In this document: positions 61,987 to 64,000 of the stretch, piece after piece | Position numbering within the stretch: the stretch's first letter is position 1 | Layout of the letters: every line of letters begins with the position of its first letter | Assembly (NCBI GenBank): GCA_010909165.1 | Contig: VJWM01000238.1 | Coordinates: forward strand, 1-64,000 | Direction: 5' to 3' | Source of the DNA: Anthoceros angustus | Lineage: Eukaryota; Plantae; Anthocerotophyta | Length of the DNA: 64,000 bases | Made by a program: the position numbers and the translations under genes | The notes under the pieces: generated by a model | The model's input: only the letters and a program-made list of their open reading frames with translations | The model's database searches: none | Told to the model about the DNA's origin: nothing

Positions 61987-64000
61987 ATGGGGAGCACAGG
62001 AAGTCTGAAGGAGAGCCCTCTGGAGAAGCCACCACCATCTCCGTGCTGCCCGCAGAACATCACTCAGCCGGCTGCAGATACACGAGTTGAAGCCCAGGAG
62101 GACAAAGTTTCAGGCACTGCAGATCCTGTTGTCCGTTTAAGCCCAACTCTGAAGCCAGACGATGCTAAGGCTCGTGGATTTGAAAGTCAGGAGTGCAGCA
62201 AAGGTTCAGCCACTCCGGATGGTGATGTCGGTGTAGGCCCAAGTACGCTGAAGGGCAAAGATGCTAAGGCTCCTGCTGCTGGAGGGTGGAAGACGGCACC
62301 GTTTATCTTCGGTTAGAGCTTGAGGAAGCGTGAATTTCTTGTGGAACTGAATAAATGCTGTAGAATCCGCCGTAGATAGACCTGTAGGGTGTCGTTAGAT
62401 TGTACATTTGTCAAGCATTTGGCTGAGTTTTGCAGTCATTTGCAGGAAATGAGTTCTGCGAGAAGGTGGCTACAGGAGGGCTGCATGTCAACATGATCAC
62501 CTACCTTACGCAGGTTATGCACATGAAGCTGGTGACAGCATCCACCACCATCACCAATTTCAATGGAACCTCCAATCTGACTCCTCTCCTAGGAGCCTTT
62601 CTGGCCGACTCGTACCTTGGTCGATTTGTCACGATTATCCTGTTCTCCACGCTGTATCTCATGGTAAGAAGACTCAAACCCTTGCGATGGTCATCGGAAG
62701 TGCGGAAATGTCCAGATATGCTGAAGGAAATGACATTACTAGCACAATGATCTGCAATATTTGCTTCGACTGTGCTTCAAGAGTTGCTCATAATTTCAGA
62801 GTTCTCAACCCGGCGATGATGGCTTGTGAATTCCATGACAACAGGGTATGACCTTGCTGGCGATGGCAACACTCTTCCCTTCTCTCACGCCCAGCCCGTG
62901 CCCGACAGGCACGAGGTTCTTCAATTGCGAGAAGGCGTCGTCGGGGCAGAAGGGATATCTCTACGCAGCGCTGAGCCTCATGGCCCTAGGATCGGGAGGA
63001 ATCAGGCCCTGTGTGGCCACCTTCGGGGCAGACCAATTCGACATCACCAATGCACGCCAGCAGAAGCAAATGCGGGGATTTTTCAACTGGTTCTACTTCT
63101 CCATGGGATTGGCTCTTCTGCTGGCTGTCACTGTGGTGGTGTATGTCCAGGATAATGTAGGCTGGAGCTGGGGCTTCGGCATCCCCGCCGTAGCCATGAG
63201 CTTGTCCATCATCTTATTCATCGTCGGGTCACGTATGTACAGAAAATTCAAGACCGGCACTAGCCCCTTCACCCGTCTTGTCCAAGTGCCCGTGGCGGCC
63301 TTCCGCAAACGCAACCTGCCTCTCCCTGAAGATCCAGCGCTGCTCTTCCACGGAGCTCCAGCTCCAGATCTGAACCGGGGAAAGAAAGCGGACGGGTTTG
63401 GCAAAATGCAGCTCGTCCACACCGACCAATTTCGGTGAGCCAATTGCCTCCACTCTTCAAGTTCTTCCTCCTCCTTCCTTTTTCCTTCTTCTTCACCAGT
63501 TTTTGCCTTCTTCTTCCAAGAAAGATCGTTTGCATGCATACGGCTCCAGGTGCTAGGAAAATTGCTGCACTTTGCAACAACGATACCAAGACCGGATAGA
63601 TCTACAACCGGAAGATCAAATTCCACACTTACATACAAACAAAAGCTCAACTTCGACACTTGCATGTCCACTGTATGTGATGTTCTTGAACACAATCGGT
63701 GCAGGTTTCTTGACAGAGCGGCAGTAGTCATGGAAGGCGACGACTATGCGGGAACTCCAAACCCCTGGCGGCTGTGTCCTGTGAGCCACATCGAGGAGCT
63801 GAAGTGCCTGGTGCGACTGATGCCGATCTGGCTGGCCACAACCACAGTGCACAGCATGGCACCGCAGCAAGGCACGTTCACGGTACACCAGGCGAGCTTG
63901 ATGGACCGGCATCTAGGCAAACGTTTCCAGATCCCGGCTGCATCCTTCGGCGCCTTCGCGATCCTGGTGATGCTGGCCTTCATCCCCGTATACGAGAAGG
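61987..64000 (+). CDS. NRT1/PTR family (NPF) transporter, most similar by motif to the NPF3 subfamily; runs off the window end
   Basis: Exons 61987-62311, 62446-62663, 62845-63434, 63705->64000. Motifs GGWKTAPFIFGNEFCEK (ExxEK), LGAFLADSYLGRF, GGIRPCVATFGADQFD, FFNWFYF, GSPFTR-like TSPFTRLVQV. Confidence 0.95.

Overview
Eukaryotic nuclear DNA from a land plant: spliceosomal introns, plant-type RPL18 and NPF genes, and CCCTAAA repeats. A non-seed plant such as a hornwort or bryophyte is only a guess. About 1-51.7 kb is a nested transposon and tandem-repeat block; about 52-64 kb holds three intact spliced genes (a PAP/OAS1-type nucleotidyltransferase, RPL18 and an NPF/PTR transporter). The block contains two Ty3/Gypsy pol regions of one family, two oppositely oriented paralogous accessory ORFs, a 5-copy array of about 1.97 kb, a Copia RT fragment and a CACTA element. 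Two observations stand out. (1) A retroelement at 29.4-35.4 kb (minus strand) reads gag zinc knuckle - aspartic protease - C5 DNA cytosine methyltransferase (motifs I, II, III/IV, VI, VIII, IX/X) - start of RT, then jumps to a PHD-finger-like C-terminus. It is bounded by split direct repeats. (2) A SET-domain (lysine methyltransferase-like) remnant lies inside the CACTA element. TE frames are broken by many 1-bp indels, either decay or long-read consensus error, so domain calls there come from manual joining of frames. No database searches were run.
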